Source: Phycisphaerales bacterium (GTDB lineage Bacteria; Planctomycetota; Phycisphaerae; Phycisphaerales; UBA5793). From it: a stretch of DNA of 64,000 nucleotides. The DNA lies in the NCBI GenBank assembly GCA_026647365.1, contig JAPKGW010000006.1:84395-148394 (forward strand). Direction: 5' to 3'. A program made the translations under genes and the position numbers. Below, one piece after another: positions 51,958 through 60,633 of this stretch (position 1 is the stretch's first letter; every line of letters begins with the position of its first letter). The notes beneath the pieces are model-generated. The model did not search any database. It was given only the letters and a program-made list of their open reading frames with translations, and was not told where the DNA came from.

Positions 51958-52950
51958 ATGATGAACATCTGCAGAAGACTGCGGCTCCGCGCACCGCGTA
52001 TCGCCGCTCTCCTGGCCGCCTTTCTCGCGGTTCCGTCGGCGGGCGCGGCGGACCGGATCGTCCTCGTTGGCGGTGGAGACGTGCTGCACGGGAGGATCGT
52101 CGAGCAGACCGACGCGGCCTTGACCCTTGAACACTCCGCGCTGGGCCGGCTCGTCATCGCCCGGTCGGCGATCGCGTCACTGACGCTTGAAGCCGAGGGT
52201 GAAGCGACCGGGCAGGCGCCGCCAGCGGATGGTGAGGCCGGGCCGGCCGGCGGCGCTCCGGCGACGCCGACGACCGAGGCTCCACCGGCCCCTCCGCCGG
52301 CGTGGACCTGGCGCCTCGAACTGGGACTCAACGGCAGCGAGGGCCGTACGGAGAAGCTTGACGGCCGCGTCAACTTCCTCGCTCAGCGCCGCACCGACGA
52401 AACCCGCCTCGCCCTCGACGCCAACTACCGCACCGCCACGTCGCGCGGCGACCGCACGCAGAACAAGTTCGACGCCGGCGCAATTCACGACTGGTACTGG
52501 AACGACTCGCCGTGGCTCGCCTTCGTGCAGGGGCGCTTCGAACTCGACGAGTTCGCCGACTACGACCAGCGCTACTCGGCGGGCGGCGGCGTGGGCTACG
52601 CGTTTGTCCGCAATGACCGCACCGAACTCGTCGGACGCCTCGGCCTCGGAGGCGCGATGGAGCAGGGCGGTCCCAAGGACGGCGATATCACCCCCGAGGG
52701 CATCGCCAAACTCGAACTCTCCCACAGACTCACCGAGATCACCCGCCTCACGGGCGGCGCCGAGTACTACCCCGACCTCAACCGTATCGGCGACTACCGC
52801 GCGATCCTCAACGCCGCGATCGAGACCCGCCTCTCCGCCACCAGCCCCGCGAGCCTCAAGTTCGGCGTTCGACAGGAGTTCGAGGATCGCCACGGCTTCA
52901 CCCAGGACGACCTGCTCGAGTACTTCGCTCTTTTCGTCGTGGAGTTCTGA
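51958..52950 (+). CDS. DUF481/YdiY-like outer-membrane beta-barrel
   Basis: GGAGG RBS, signal peptide, W...LELGLNGSEG.T, R...GGGVGY, amphipathic strands, terminal Phe. Confidence 0.82.
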   Translation: MMNICRRLRLRAPRIAALLAAFLAVPSAGAADRIVLVGGGDVLHGRIVEQTDAALTLEHSALGRLVIARSAIASLTLEAEGEATGQAPPADGEAGPAGGAPATPTTEAPPAPPPAWTWRLELGLNGSEGRTEKLDGRVNFLAQRRTDETRLALDANYRTATSRGDRTQNKFDAGAIHDWYWNDSPWLAFVQGRFELDEFADYDQRYSAGGGVGYAFVRNDRTELVGRLGLGGAMEQGGPKDGDITPEGIAKLELSHRLTEITRLTGGAEYYPDLNRIGDYRAILNAAIETRLSATSPASLKFGVRQEFEDRHGFTQDDLLEYFALFVVEF

Positions 52951-53025
52951 ACGACGCGGCGCGCGAAGAGAGTCATCCCCGGCCCGGGAGTGGCGGGGCC
53001 TTGCGCGCATGGTGCGGCGCGCGTT

Positions 53026-54453
53026 TCAATGCGCGTTGGGGTGGCGGAATCCGCGCAGGAGCGTGAGGAAGAGGATGCGCAGGTCGAAGAGGACGGACCA
53101 GTTGCGGATGTAGTAGAGGTCGTACTGGAGTCGCTTGCGGAGGCTGGTGTCGCCTCGCAGGCCGTTGACCTGTGCCCATCCGGTCATTCCAGCCTTGACG
53201 TTCTGGCGGAGCATGTAGCCGCGCCAGTCTTCGCGGAAGTGTTCGAGGAGGTCGAGGCGCTCGGGGCGCGGGCCGACGAGGGACATGTCGCCGCGCACGA
53301 CGTTGAAGAGTTGCGGCAGCTCGTCGAGGCTGAAGCGCCGCAGCCAATGCCCGATGCGGGTGATGCGAGGATCGTCGCGGCGCGTCCACTCTTCGACGCC
53401 GCGTCCGTTGGGCTGCTCCTGCATCGCGTCCACGGACATGGTGCGGAACTTGCAGATGGCGAAGGATCGCCCTCCCATGCTCACGCGCGTCTGGCGGAAG
53501 AGAACCGGCCCGCCGTCTTCGATCCTGATGAGCGCCGCGATCAGCAGCATCAGCGGAGCAAAGAGCACCAGCGCCAGCGAGCCGAAGACGAGGTCCACCG
53601 TCCGCTTGACCAGCGCGCCGAAGCCGTTGAGCGGCGACTGGCGCACACTCAGAACGGGCATGCCCTCGATATCGGAAACGGCAAGGTTGATGGGCAGGTA
53701 GCGCGGGCTGACGTCGGGGATGATCCTGGCTTCGACGGGGAAGCGCGAGAGTTTCATGAGAACGCCGGGGAGCAGGTACGACCGCGACTGGGGCAGGGCG
53801 ATGATCACGCCGTCGACGGGATACTGATGCATGATGCGGTCAAGATCGTCCAGGCCGCCGCGGACAGGTCGATCGAGGCAGCGCTCGCGCCGCGTCGTGT
53901 CGTGGTGGCTCACGAAGTAGGCGCAGTTGATGCCCGTCCATGAGTTGCGGAGGAACGTGTGAAAGGCGATCTGTCCGAGGCGCCCCGTGCCGATGATCGC
54001 CATGTGCCGCCGGTTCCAGCCGTGTTCGCGGATGGTGCGGAGAAAGAGGCGGAAGGAATACCGGTGAAAGACGAGCCACGCGGCGAGCGCAAAGGGCAGG
54101 ACCATGACTTCAACCGTGGCGCTGCGGCCGTCCGCGTAGGTGGGCAGGAGCACCTGCCAGGCAAGGAACGTCAGCCCCCAGCCGACGATGACCGCCTTGC
54201 CGATGTCGAGCATCTCGCCGTCGAAACTTCGGTCGCGCCGCGGGCGATAGAGGCCGAAGACCGCCATGCACGCGATCATCACCGGCAGGGCGGCGGCGAG
54301 AGCGAGCAGCCAGTTGCGTCCGAAGGCGGCGACGGGGTCGGCGGCGATCATCCGTCGCGCGAGCAGGTGCGCCGTGGAGAAGGCGGCCGCAAGCACGATG
54401 GTATCAATGCCGATGAGAAGCGAGACGAAGATGCGATGCCGTTCCTTGAGCAT
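53026..54453 (-). CDS. wcaJ: Undecaprenyl-phosphate glucose phosphotransferase (priming glycosyltransferase)
   Basis: 4 TMs, IIGTG, KRTVDL, KFRTM, DDPRITRIG, SLDELPQL.NV..GDMSLVGPRPE, GMTGWAQVNG.RG, DLYYI.NWS. Confidence 0.93.
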   Translation of the reverse strand: MLKERHRIFVSLLIGIDTIVLAAAFSTAHLLARRMIAADPVAAFGRNWLLALAAALPVMIACMAVFGLYRPRRDRSFDGEMLDIGKAVIVGWGLTFLAWQVLLPTYADGRSATVEVMVLPFALAAWLVFHRYSFRLFLRTIREHGWNRRHMAIIGTGRLGQIAFHTFLRNSWTGINCAYFVSHHDTTRRERCLDRPVRGGLDDLDRIMHQYPVDGVIIALPQSRSYLLPGVLMKLSRFPVEARIIPDVSPRYLPINLAVSDIEGMPVLSVRQSPLNGFGALVKRTVDLVFGSLALVLFAPLMLLIAALIRIEDGGPVLFRQTRVSMGGRSFAICKFRTMSVDAMQEQPNGRGVEEWTRRDDPRITRIGHWLRRFSLDELPQLFNVVRGDMSLVGPRPERLDLLEHFREDWRGYMLRQNVKAGMTGWAQVNGLRGDTSLRKRLQYDLYYIRNWSVLFDLRILFLTLLRGFRHPNAH

Positions 54454-54859
54454 GAAGGTCTCTGCCGTTTCATCGTCCGGGGAGCGGCTCGGCGGCCATT
54501 GGTCGCCGGTTTGTCGCTCGAACACCGCACAGGCGGCCAGGGGTCTTCCCAGGTCCGATGCGTTCACTGCGGGCAAGGTCGGGTGGGACGCCGCTGCTGG
54601 TGGGCGCCTGGACCGTGCCGGGGCGCCGGAGGTCGTGCAGGTCCGACCGCCCCTCTTGAGGAAGGCGGCTCACGCCGCGACCTCAGACACCAGCATAGCG
54701 TGCCGGGAGGGGCGTGCCAACCGCGCGCGTCGTGCGTGGCCATTGGGTCCGGCGGATCGACGGTCCTCGACTCGCGCCGCGGTTGAAGCGCGCCAGGGGA
54801 TCAATGGTGAGAGCGAAACGGCGACGGCTCCCGCTCACGGCGGAACCTACCATGCGGCG

Positions 54860-55417
54860 ATGAGCGAGCCGCTCTCTTCAACGCCGAGGGTCGCAGGGCG
54901 TGAGCCGTGTCCGCACTGCGGCCTCGATGCGGCGGCGGGCGCGACCTACTGCCCGCACTGCACGCGGCGCATCATCGCATTCATGCTCTGCTCCGAGTGC
55001 CGCGAGCCGGTGTCGATCGACGCGAAGTATTGTCCTTACTGCTCGCAGCGGGTGCGGCGGATGCGGGCCGACGCGGCGGTCCAGACGATCGATGCGAACA
55101 TCGAGATCAAGGCCTCGCGCCTGGGCGCCTTTCTCACCGCCGGCCGTTTCACCTCGCTCTTCCATCCGCCGGTCATTCACGCGGCCGGCGACCGGGTGCG
55201 CGTCACGAGTTGGTCGCTGCTGGGTCTGCGCATTCACGATCAGGAGATTCGCGTCGAGCGCATCGCGTCCGTCCGCACAACCAAGGGAGTTTTCTGGGAT
55301 GCGCTCGTCATCGAAACCTTCGGCGGAGCGACGGGCGACATCGCACAGCGCGGCCTGCGCAAGCGCGATGCGCAACGCATGGCGTCGATCATCAAATCCG
55401 CACTGACGGCTCAATGA
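54860..55417 (+). CDS. Double zinc-ribbon plus bacterial PH-like domain protein
   Basis: CPHC/CPHC/CSEC/CPYC; 'IRVERIASVRTTKGVFWDALVIETFGG'. Confidence 0.7.
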   Translation: MSEPLSSTPRVAGREPCPHCGLDAAAGATYCPHCTRRIIAFMLCSECREPVSIDAKYCPYCSQRVRRMRADAAVQTIDANIEIKASRLGAFLTAGRFTSLFHPPVIHAAGDRVRVTSWSLLGLRIHDQEIRVERIASVRTTKGVFWDALVIETFGGATGDIAQRGLRKRDAQRMASIIKSALTAQ

Positions 55418-55510
55418 CCGGCCGGCGCGCGGGCAGGCCCGCGGCGGCGCATTGCGCCCAGACGCTTGCTCCGTGCAGAAGCGTCCGCAACGCGACTACC
55501 ATTGAATTGC

Positions 55511-56098
55511 ATGAAACTCTACACCCGCACCGGCGACGACGGGACCACGGGCCTTCACGGGGGTTCTCGAGTCTCCAAGGCGGATGCGCGCGTCGAGGCG
55601 TACGGCCAGTGCGATGAACTCAATGCAGCGCTGGGGCTGGCGCGGTGCGCAGCCGACGCGGCGCGCGATGCGCTGATTGTGAAATGCCTCGACGAGTTGC
55701 AGCGCATGCTCTTTGAGATCGGGGCCGACCTTGCGACGCCGGCGGAGAGTGCGGCTCGCCGGAAGGTCAGCCCGGTCGCCGAGGCGGACGTTGCGAAACT
55801 CGAGAGGTGGATTGATGCCGCCGTCGCCGGGCTGGAAGAGCAGCGGTCTTTCATTCTCCCCGGCGGAAGTGAACTGGCCGCCAGACTGCATCTCGCTCGG
55901 ACGATCTGCCGGCGCGTGGAGCGGTGCGTGATTGGTCTGAGCGAAGCGCCCGTCTCACGCCCCAAGCCTCAAGTCCAGAGTCCCAACATCGTGTATCTCA
56001 ACCGGGCCGGCGACCTGCTTTTTGCGCTGGCGCGACTGGCGAATTGCAACGCGGGCGTGCCGGATGTGCCCTGGACGCCGCGCGCGCAGCAGCCGTAG
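55511..56098 (+). CDS. pduO: PduO-type ATP:cob(I)alamin adenosyltransferase
   Basis: MKLYTRTGDDGTT, EAYG..DELN, FILPGG, RTICRR.ER, YLNR.GD.LF.LAR. Confidence 0.93.
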   Translation: MKLYTRTGDDGTTGLHGGSRVSKADARVEAYGQCDELNAALGLARCAADAARDALIVKCLDELQRMLFEIGADLATPAESAARRKVSPVAEADVAKLERWIDAAVAGLEEQRSFILPGGSELAARLHLARTICRRVERCVIGLSEAPVSRPKPQVQSPNIVYLNRAGDLLFALARLANCNAGVPDVPWTPRAQQP

Positions 56099-56211
56099 GT
56101 CGGGCCAAGGCTCGGCGCCGGCCCGGCACTGCAGCGAACGTTTCTTCCCGTCGCACCCGACTCCGCGGACGCGCGTCAGTGCCGGGCCGCGCTCAAAGCA
56201 GCGGACCCGAC

Positions 56212-57105
56212 CTACGCAGCGCCGCCGAGTTGCGCGAGGCGCGCGAGGCGCTGCGGCTCGCGCTCGGCGAGCCAGGGATCCTGCGAGAGTTCCGCGTGCG
56301 CGAGGGCGAACCACGGTCCCGCTTCCGCCTCGCGCCCCAGCGCGTGCAGGCACTCGCCGAGTTCCTCGTAGACGTACCCATCGGTCGATCCGGCCGCCTC
56401 GTGGGCTGCGTGGAGTTCGCGCTGCATCGCCAGCGCTTCGTCGAGTCGCCCCAGCGAGCGCAGGCAGCGTGCGATGCACCAGCGGGCGATGAGCATCTCG
56501 CCCCCGGCCTGCTGTTCGATGCGAGCCTTCAAGGCTGCCTCGAAGTGCGCCAACGCCTCGTTGAAGCGGTTGAGCGAGTGAAGGGTCCAGCCGATGTTGT
56601 TGTGCAGCGAGCCGGCCCACCGCCGCGCGCGCAGACAACGCGATCGCTGAGCCGTAGCCAGGGCCTTCATGTTCCACTGCATCGCCTCCTCGCCCTCGCC
56701 GGCGATGGCGATCATGTGCGCGGCATCGACGGCGAGATCATCCTCGCCGCTGCGCGAAGCGAGTTCGCACGCCTGCTCAAAGAGAGGCCGGGCCTCGAAG
56801 GGCCGGCGCGACGAGTTGAACACGCGGCCGCGCTCGAGTAGCACCCGCACCCGAACGTGATCGGACAAGTCACCGGCGCTCTCGATGTCGTCGAGCAATC
56901 GGTGCGCCTCGTCAAAGCGCCGTTGAAGTCCGAGTGCGCGGGCGACCTGCGTGCGGCACTCGGCAGCCTGGTCGCGCTGCGCTGCCGCATTGAGCCGCGC
57001 GCACTCGTCGCGGAAGCGCTGCTCGCTTGCGGCCGGGTCGGCGAAGTCCCACAGCGGGCGCCAGTCGCGCGACCGCGGGGCATTGACGTTGGGCTTCTCA
57101 CTCAT
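56212..57105 (-). CDS. TPR-repeat protein
   Basis: LWDF.DPAASEQRF, TQVARALGLQ, LERGRVFNS, DAAHM, SLHNNIGW, DGYVYEELGE. Confidence 0.8.
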   Translation of the reverse strand: MSEKPNVNAPRSRDWRPLWDFADPAASEQRFRDECARLNAAAQRDQAAECRTQVARALGLQRRFDEAHRLLDDIESAGDLSDHVRVRVLLERGRVFNSSRRPFEARPLFEQACELASRSGEDDLAVDAAHMIAIAGEGEEAMQWNMKALATAQRSRCLRARRWAGSLHNNIGWTLHSLNRFNEALAHFEAALKARIEQQAGGEMLIARWCIARCLRSLGRLDEALAMQRELHAAHEAAGSTDGYVYEELGECLHALGREAEAGPWFALAHAELSQDPWLAEREPQRLARLAQLGGAA

Positions 57106-57146
57106 CGCACACCCGATGCGAAACACTGTGAACCACTGCCATAGGT

Positions 57147-57259
57147 TAGCCGCGACGCGCTGGTTTCGAAGCGGAGCGCGGGGTGGGACGGGCCTTTCGC
57201 GCTCGCACGCCGCGCCGCAGGCGACGCGCTCCCCTGCGCAAAGCCTCCGGGTCGCGGCT
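57147..57259. repeat. REP-like inverted doublet (copies 2 and 3)
   Basis: TAGCCGCGACGCGC…GGAGCGCG (57147-57180) faces CGCGCTCCCCTGCGC…GTCGCGGCT (57225-57259). Confidence 0.65.
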
Positions 57260-57282
57260 GAACGGCAAGGCGGCGTGCGCGT

Positions 57283-59691
57283 TCAGTCCTGCCGCACGCC
57301 CATGACCTGCTGCGCCTGGCGGGCCATCTCGATGAACGCTCTGCGGTATCCGAAGCGGTCGTCGCCCAGGCCCGTCTCGGCCCAGGCCTGAACGTCCGCG
57401 AGCGTGGCGCTGCCCTTGTGCGGCGAGTCGCGCAGGATCATCCCCAGCACCGCGACCGACGCGGCGAAGCGGAAGTCATGCGATGCCTGATCCCACGCCT
57501 TGCCCTCATCGCGCGTCGGGAACTCGACGAGTGTGCTCACATCGCCGTCGGGCTTCTTGTAGCGCACCTTGACGGTGAGCATCTCGCCGCTGCTCTGAGC
57601 AACCTTGGTGAGTTGCGCGGGCTGCTGATAGCGGAGGGGATCGACCTCGGGCGTATCGCCCTCGCCCGCCTGCGCTCCCGCGTCCTGCTCGGCGGCCTCA
57701 GCGCCGGCGAGATTGTCTTCATCGCCGGCGAGTTGCACTTCATAGAGAGCCGTCACCGTGTGTCCCGCGCCGATCTCGCCGGCATCCTTCGTGTCGTCAT
57801 TGAAGTCCTGCGCGGCCAGCATGCGGTTCTCGTAGCCGAGCAGGCGGTAGGACTTGACAATCGCCGGGTTGAACTCGACCTGGATCTTCACGTCCTTGGC
57901 GATGGTGACGAGCGAGCCGGAGAGTTGATCGACGAGCACCTTCTGCGCCTCTTCGATCGTGTCGATGTAGGCGTACATGCCGTTGCCCTTGTTGGCGATC
58001 TGCTCGATGGTGTCATCCTTGAGGTTGCCCATGCCGAAGCCCAGGGCGGTGAGGAAGACACCTGTCTTCGCCTTCTCTTCGGCGAGGCGGATGAGATCGC
58101 CGCGGTTCGTCACGCCGACGTTGAAGTCGCCGTCGGTGGCGAGTATGACGCGGTTGACTCCATCCTTGATGAAGTGCTGCTGCGCCACGGCATAGGCGAG
58201 TTCGATGCCCGCGCCGCCGTTGGTCGAGCCGCCGGCGTTGAGGCGATCAAGCGCCCCGAGGATCGTCTCCTTCTCCGAAACGTAGGTCGAATCGAGGACG
58301 AGGCCGGAAGCGCCGGCGTAGACGACGATCGCCACGCGGTCATCGACCGTAAGGCTCTCAACGAGTCGCTTGAGGCCCTCCTTGACGAGTGGAAGTTTGC
58401 TCGGCTCGTTCATCGAGCCGGAGACGTCGAGGAGGAAGACGAGGTTCGTCGCCGGCCGATTGTCGCGGGGAATCTCCATGCCCTTGAGGCCGATGCGCAC
58501 GAGGCGATGCTCGGGCCGCCAGGGGCAGGAAGCGATCTCGACGTTGGCGCGGAAGGGATGCGCATCGCCGGGTGAGGGCGCATCGTACTGATAGTCGAAG
58601 TAGTTGATCATCTCCTCAAGGCGAACGGAATCAGGTGAGGGCCGGCGCCCTTCGCGCAACTGACGCCGCACGATCGAGTAGGACGCGGTGTCGACGTCGA
58701 TGGAGAAGGTCGAAAGCGGCGCATTGACGACGCCGAGGAAAGGGTTGTCTTCGATGGGGGCGAAGGAGTCGTTGTCGGCCCAGTCGCGGCCCCACGGCCG
58801 AGCCTCGCCATCGGGATACTCGAGAATCTCCTGCAGGGCCAGACCGGGATCCTGGACTCCCAAAGCCGGGCGAACCTCAGCCTCCTTCTCAGCAGCGGCG
58901 CGGCCGAGAGTGCCGGGGCGGCTGCGCATGTCCGCATCGCGCGGCACGTCGTTGCTTCTGCGCAGAGCTATCCGCCCGCTTGCCGGTCGTGCCGGACTCC
59001 CGTCCGGCGCCGACCCTGCGTCCACTGGTCGCACGCCGCGTGCTTCGCTCTTTGAGAGGGGCGAATTGCCTTCGACGATCGTATAGAGAGTGGCCTCCGG
59101 GACAAATCCGGCGGCACTCTCAGGTGCTGTGGATTCTGCCGGCACGCCGAAGTCTCGCCTGGTCCGGGTCATCTCATCGCGAAGTTCAAGGGCATCGGTG
59201 AGTTTGTCCTGCGGACTTTCCGCCCCTGCCGGGGCCTGCTCAGCCCCAGCGCCGCCGCGCAGGCCGGCGCTGCGGCCTTCGGTCGCGCCTTGCTCACCGC
59301 GACGATGCACGAGCATGCCGTCGTCCGAGCCGCCGCGCATGATGAGGGGCACGAACACGCCCAGCAGCAGCACCGCCGCCGCGCCGCTCAGGCCGATGCG
59401 CCACCACCACGCAGCCGGGCGGATGGTGCGCTGCCCTTCGCCGGCGAGGCGCAGGCCGCCGCCGCTTTCCGCCCGGGCCTTGATCGACTCGCGCTGATGG
59501 TCGGAGAGTTGCAGCGCCGGCTCGTGAGAGAGTTCATCGCGCAAGTCGCCCGCGACGGCGCGGATCGCTTCAACCTCTGCGCGCAGGTCCTCTCGCTCGC
59601 TGAGCAGCGCATCAAGTTCGGCACGCTCAGCATCGTCGAGTTCGCCAAGGGCGAAAGCGGTCAGTCGTGGATCGTTCGAGTGGATATTCAT
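57283..59691 (-). CDS. Anti-sigma-like N-terminus, TM helix and YfbK-type von Willebrand factor A domain
   Basis: LTAFALGEL…E…IR (ASD-like, no Zn ligands); TM; PLSTFSIDVDTASY, R.EEMINYF, MIDAS DVSGSM, LATDGDFNVG, TIAKDVKIQVEFNP, DAGEIGAGH.VTALYE. Confidence 0.9.
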   Translation of the reverse strand: MNIHSNDPRLTAFALGELDDAERAELDALLSEREDLRAEVEAIRAVAGDLRDELSHEPALQLSDHQRESIKARAESGGGLRLAGEGQRTIRPAAWWWRIGLSGAAAVLLLGVFVPLIMRGGSDDGMLVHRRGEQGATEGRSAGLRGGAGAEQAPAGAESPQDKLTDALELRDEMTRTRRDFGVPAESTAPESAAGFVPEATLYTIVEGNSPLSKSEARGVRPVDAGSAPDGSPARPASGRIALRRSNDVPRDADMRSRPGTLGRAAAEKEAEVRPALGVQDPGLALQEILEYPDGEARPWGRDWADNDSFAPIEDNPFLGVVNAPLSTFSIDVDTASYSIVRRQLREGRRPSPDSVRLEEMINYFDYQYDAPSPGDAHPFRANVEIASCPWRPEHRLVRIGLKGMEIPRDNRPATNLVFLLDVSGSMNEPSKLPLVKEGLKRLVESLTVDDRVAIVVYAGASGLVLDSTYVSEKETILGALDRLNAGGSTNGGAGIELAYAVAQQHFIKDGVNRVILATDGDFNVGVTNRGDLIRLAEEKAKTGVFLTALGFGMGNLKDDTIEQIANKGNGMYAYIDTIEEAQKVLVDQLSGSLVTIAKDVKIQVEFNPAIVKSYRLLGYENRMLAAQDFNDDTKDAGEIGAGHTVTALYEVQLAGDEDNLAGAEAAEQDAGAQAGEGDTPEVDPLRYQQPAQLTKVAQSSGEMLTVKVRYKKPDGDVSTLVEFPTRDEGKAWDQASHDFRFAASVAVLGMILRDSPHKGSATLADVQAWAETGLGDDRFGYRRAFIEMARQAQQVMGVRQD

Positions 59692-59711
59692 GGGAGCATC
59701 CTCAACAACGG

Positions 59712-59781
59712 AGGCACTAGGCATTAGGCATTAGGCATTAGGCATTAGGCATTAGGCATTAGGCACTAGGCACTAGGCACT
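59712..59781. repeat. Heptamer tandem repeat (AGGCAYT) x10
   Basis: AGGCACT x1, AGGCATT x6, AGGCACT x3. It supplies the last codons and TAG stop of the ECF sigma gene. Confidence 0.95.
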
Positions 59782-60351
59782 CGGGTTTGCTTTCGCTTCA
59801 CTGGGATGTGCGGAGCCGGTCATGCGACTTCGAAGGGTCTGAATCGCGGTATGAATGAGCACGCCGACGTGGCTCACGGTGAGGTCCATGATCTCGGCGA
59901 TCTCGCGGTAACTGAGATCGCCCTGGAACTTGAGGCGCAGCACCTCGCGCTGCCGCTCGGGCAGGTCGGCGAGACCCGCCATGAGGCGCGAGCGCGACTC
60001 GGGCTGGTGTGCGCGATCCGCCGGGCTGTCGCCTGCAGTCGCTTCGGCCGCACCGGTTCGACCATTGCGGCCTGTGATCTCGGGGAGCGAAGTCTGCATG
60101 CGATGCTCCTTTCGAATCCGGTCCAGCGCGGCATTGCGGCACACGCGGTAGAGCCACGGGGCGAGGTGGCCTTCGACGGCCTCGCGATCCTGCTGAATCA
60201 GTTTCACGAACGCCTCCTGCACCACGTCACGCGCGGCTTCGACGTCGCCGCCGAGCAGGCGGACCGTGTAGCGCAGCAGCGAAGCCTCGTGGCGATCGAG
60301 CGCCCGACACACCCATTGCGTTTCGGCACTCGCCGGTCTGGACGGGTCCAT
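59773..60351 (-). CDS. ECF RNA polymerase sigma-70 factor
   Basis: GGAGG RBS; ARDVVQEAFVKL, WLYRVCRNAALD, LPERQREVLRLKF..DLSYREIAEIM. Confidence 0.93.
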   Translation of the reverse strand: MDPSRPASAETQWVCRALDRHEASLLRYTVRLLGGDVEAARDVVQEAFVKLIQQDREAVEGHLAPWLYRVCRNAALDRIRKEHRMQTSLPEITGRNGRTGAAEATAGDSPADRAHQPESRSRLMAGLADLPERQREVLRLKFQGDLSYREIAEIMDLTVSHVGVLIHTAIQTLRSRMTGSAHPSEAKANPSA

Positions 60352-60490
60352 CAAACCTCCGATCACCGAGTCGGGGCCGCCGATCGCCCCGCCGTCAATA
60401 GAGACGCACGGGCGGGGCGTCTCTTAGGAGTTTCTGCGATTCGGCGGCTCAGACCACAGGAATTGGCGCGCCAGCGGAATGCGGGGTCCG

Positions 60491-60529
60491 AAAAAGACCG
60501 CAGGCCCGGGATAGAGCCCGGGCCTGCGG
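60491..60529 (-). terminator. Rho-independent terminator of the AGCS transporter gene
   Basis: 13-bp stem 60498-60510/60517-60529 followed by TCTTTTT on the minus strand. Confidence 0.8.
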
Positions 60530-60633
60530 GGCTGCGTTGTCAAGAGGCGCCAGGGCGCCGGGTAGCGGGACGCGAAGACGCGAGCGGTCTCGTGGAGCGC
60601 GACCCATCCGTACCCTTGATGCCTTGCGATCTT

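Noticed and set aside
59712-59781. Possible CRISPR array
   Set aside because: Contiguous 7-nt units with no spacers and no cas genes.
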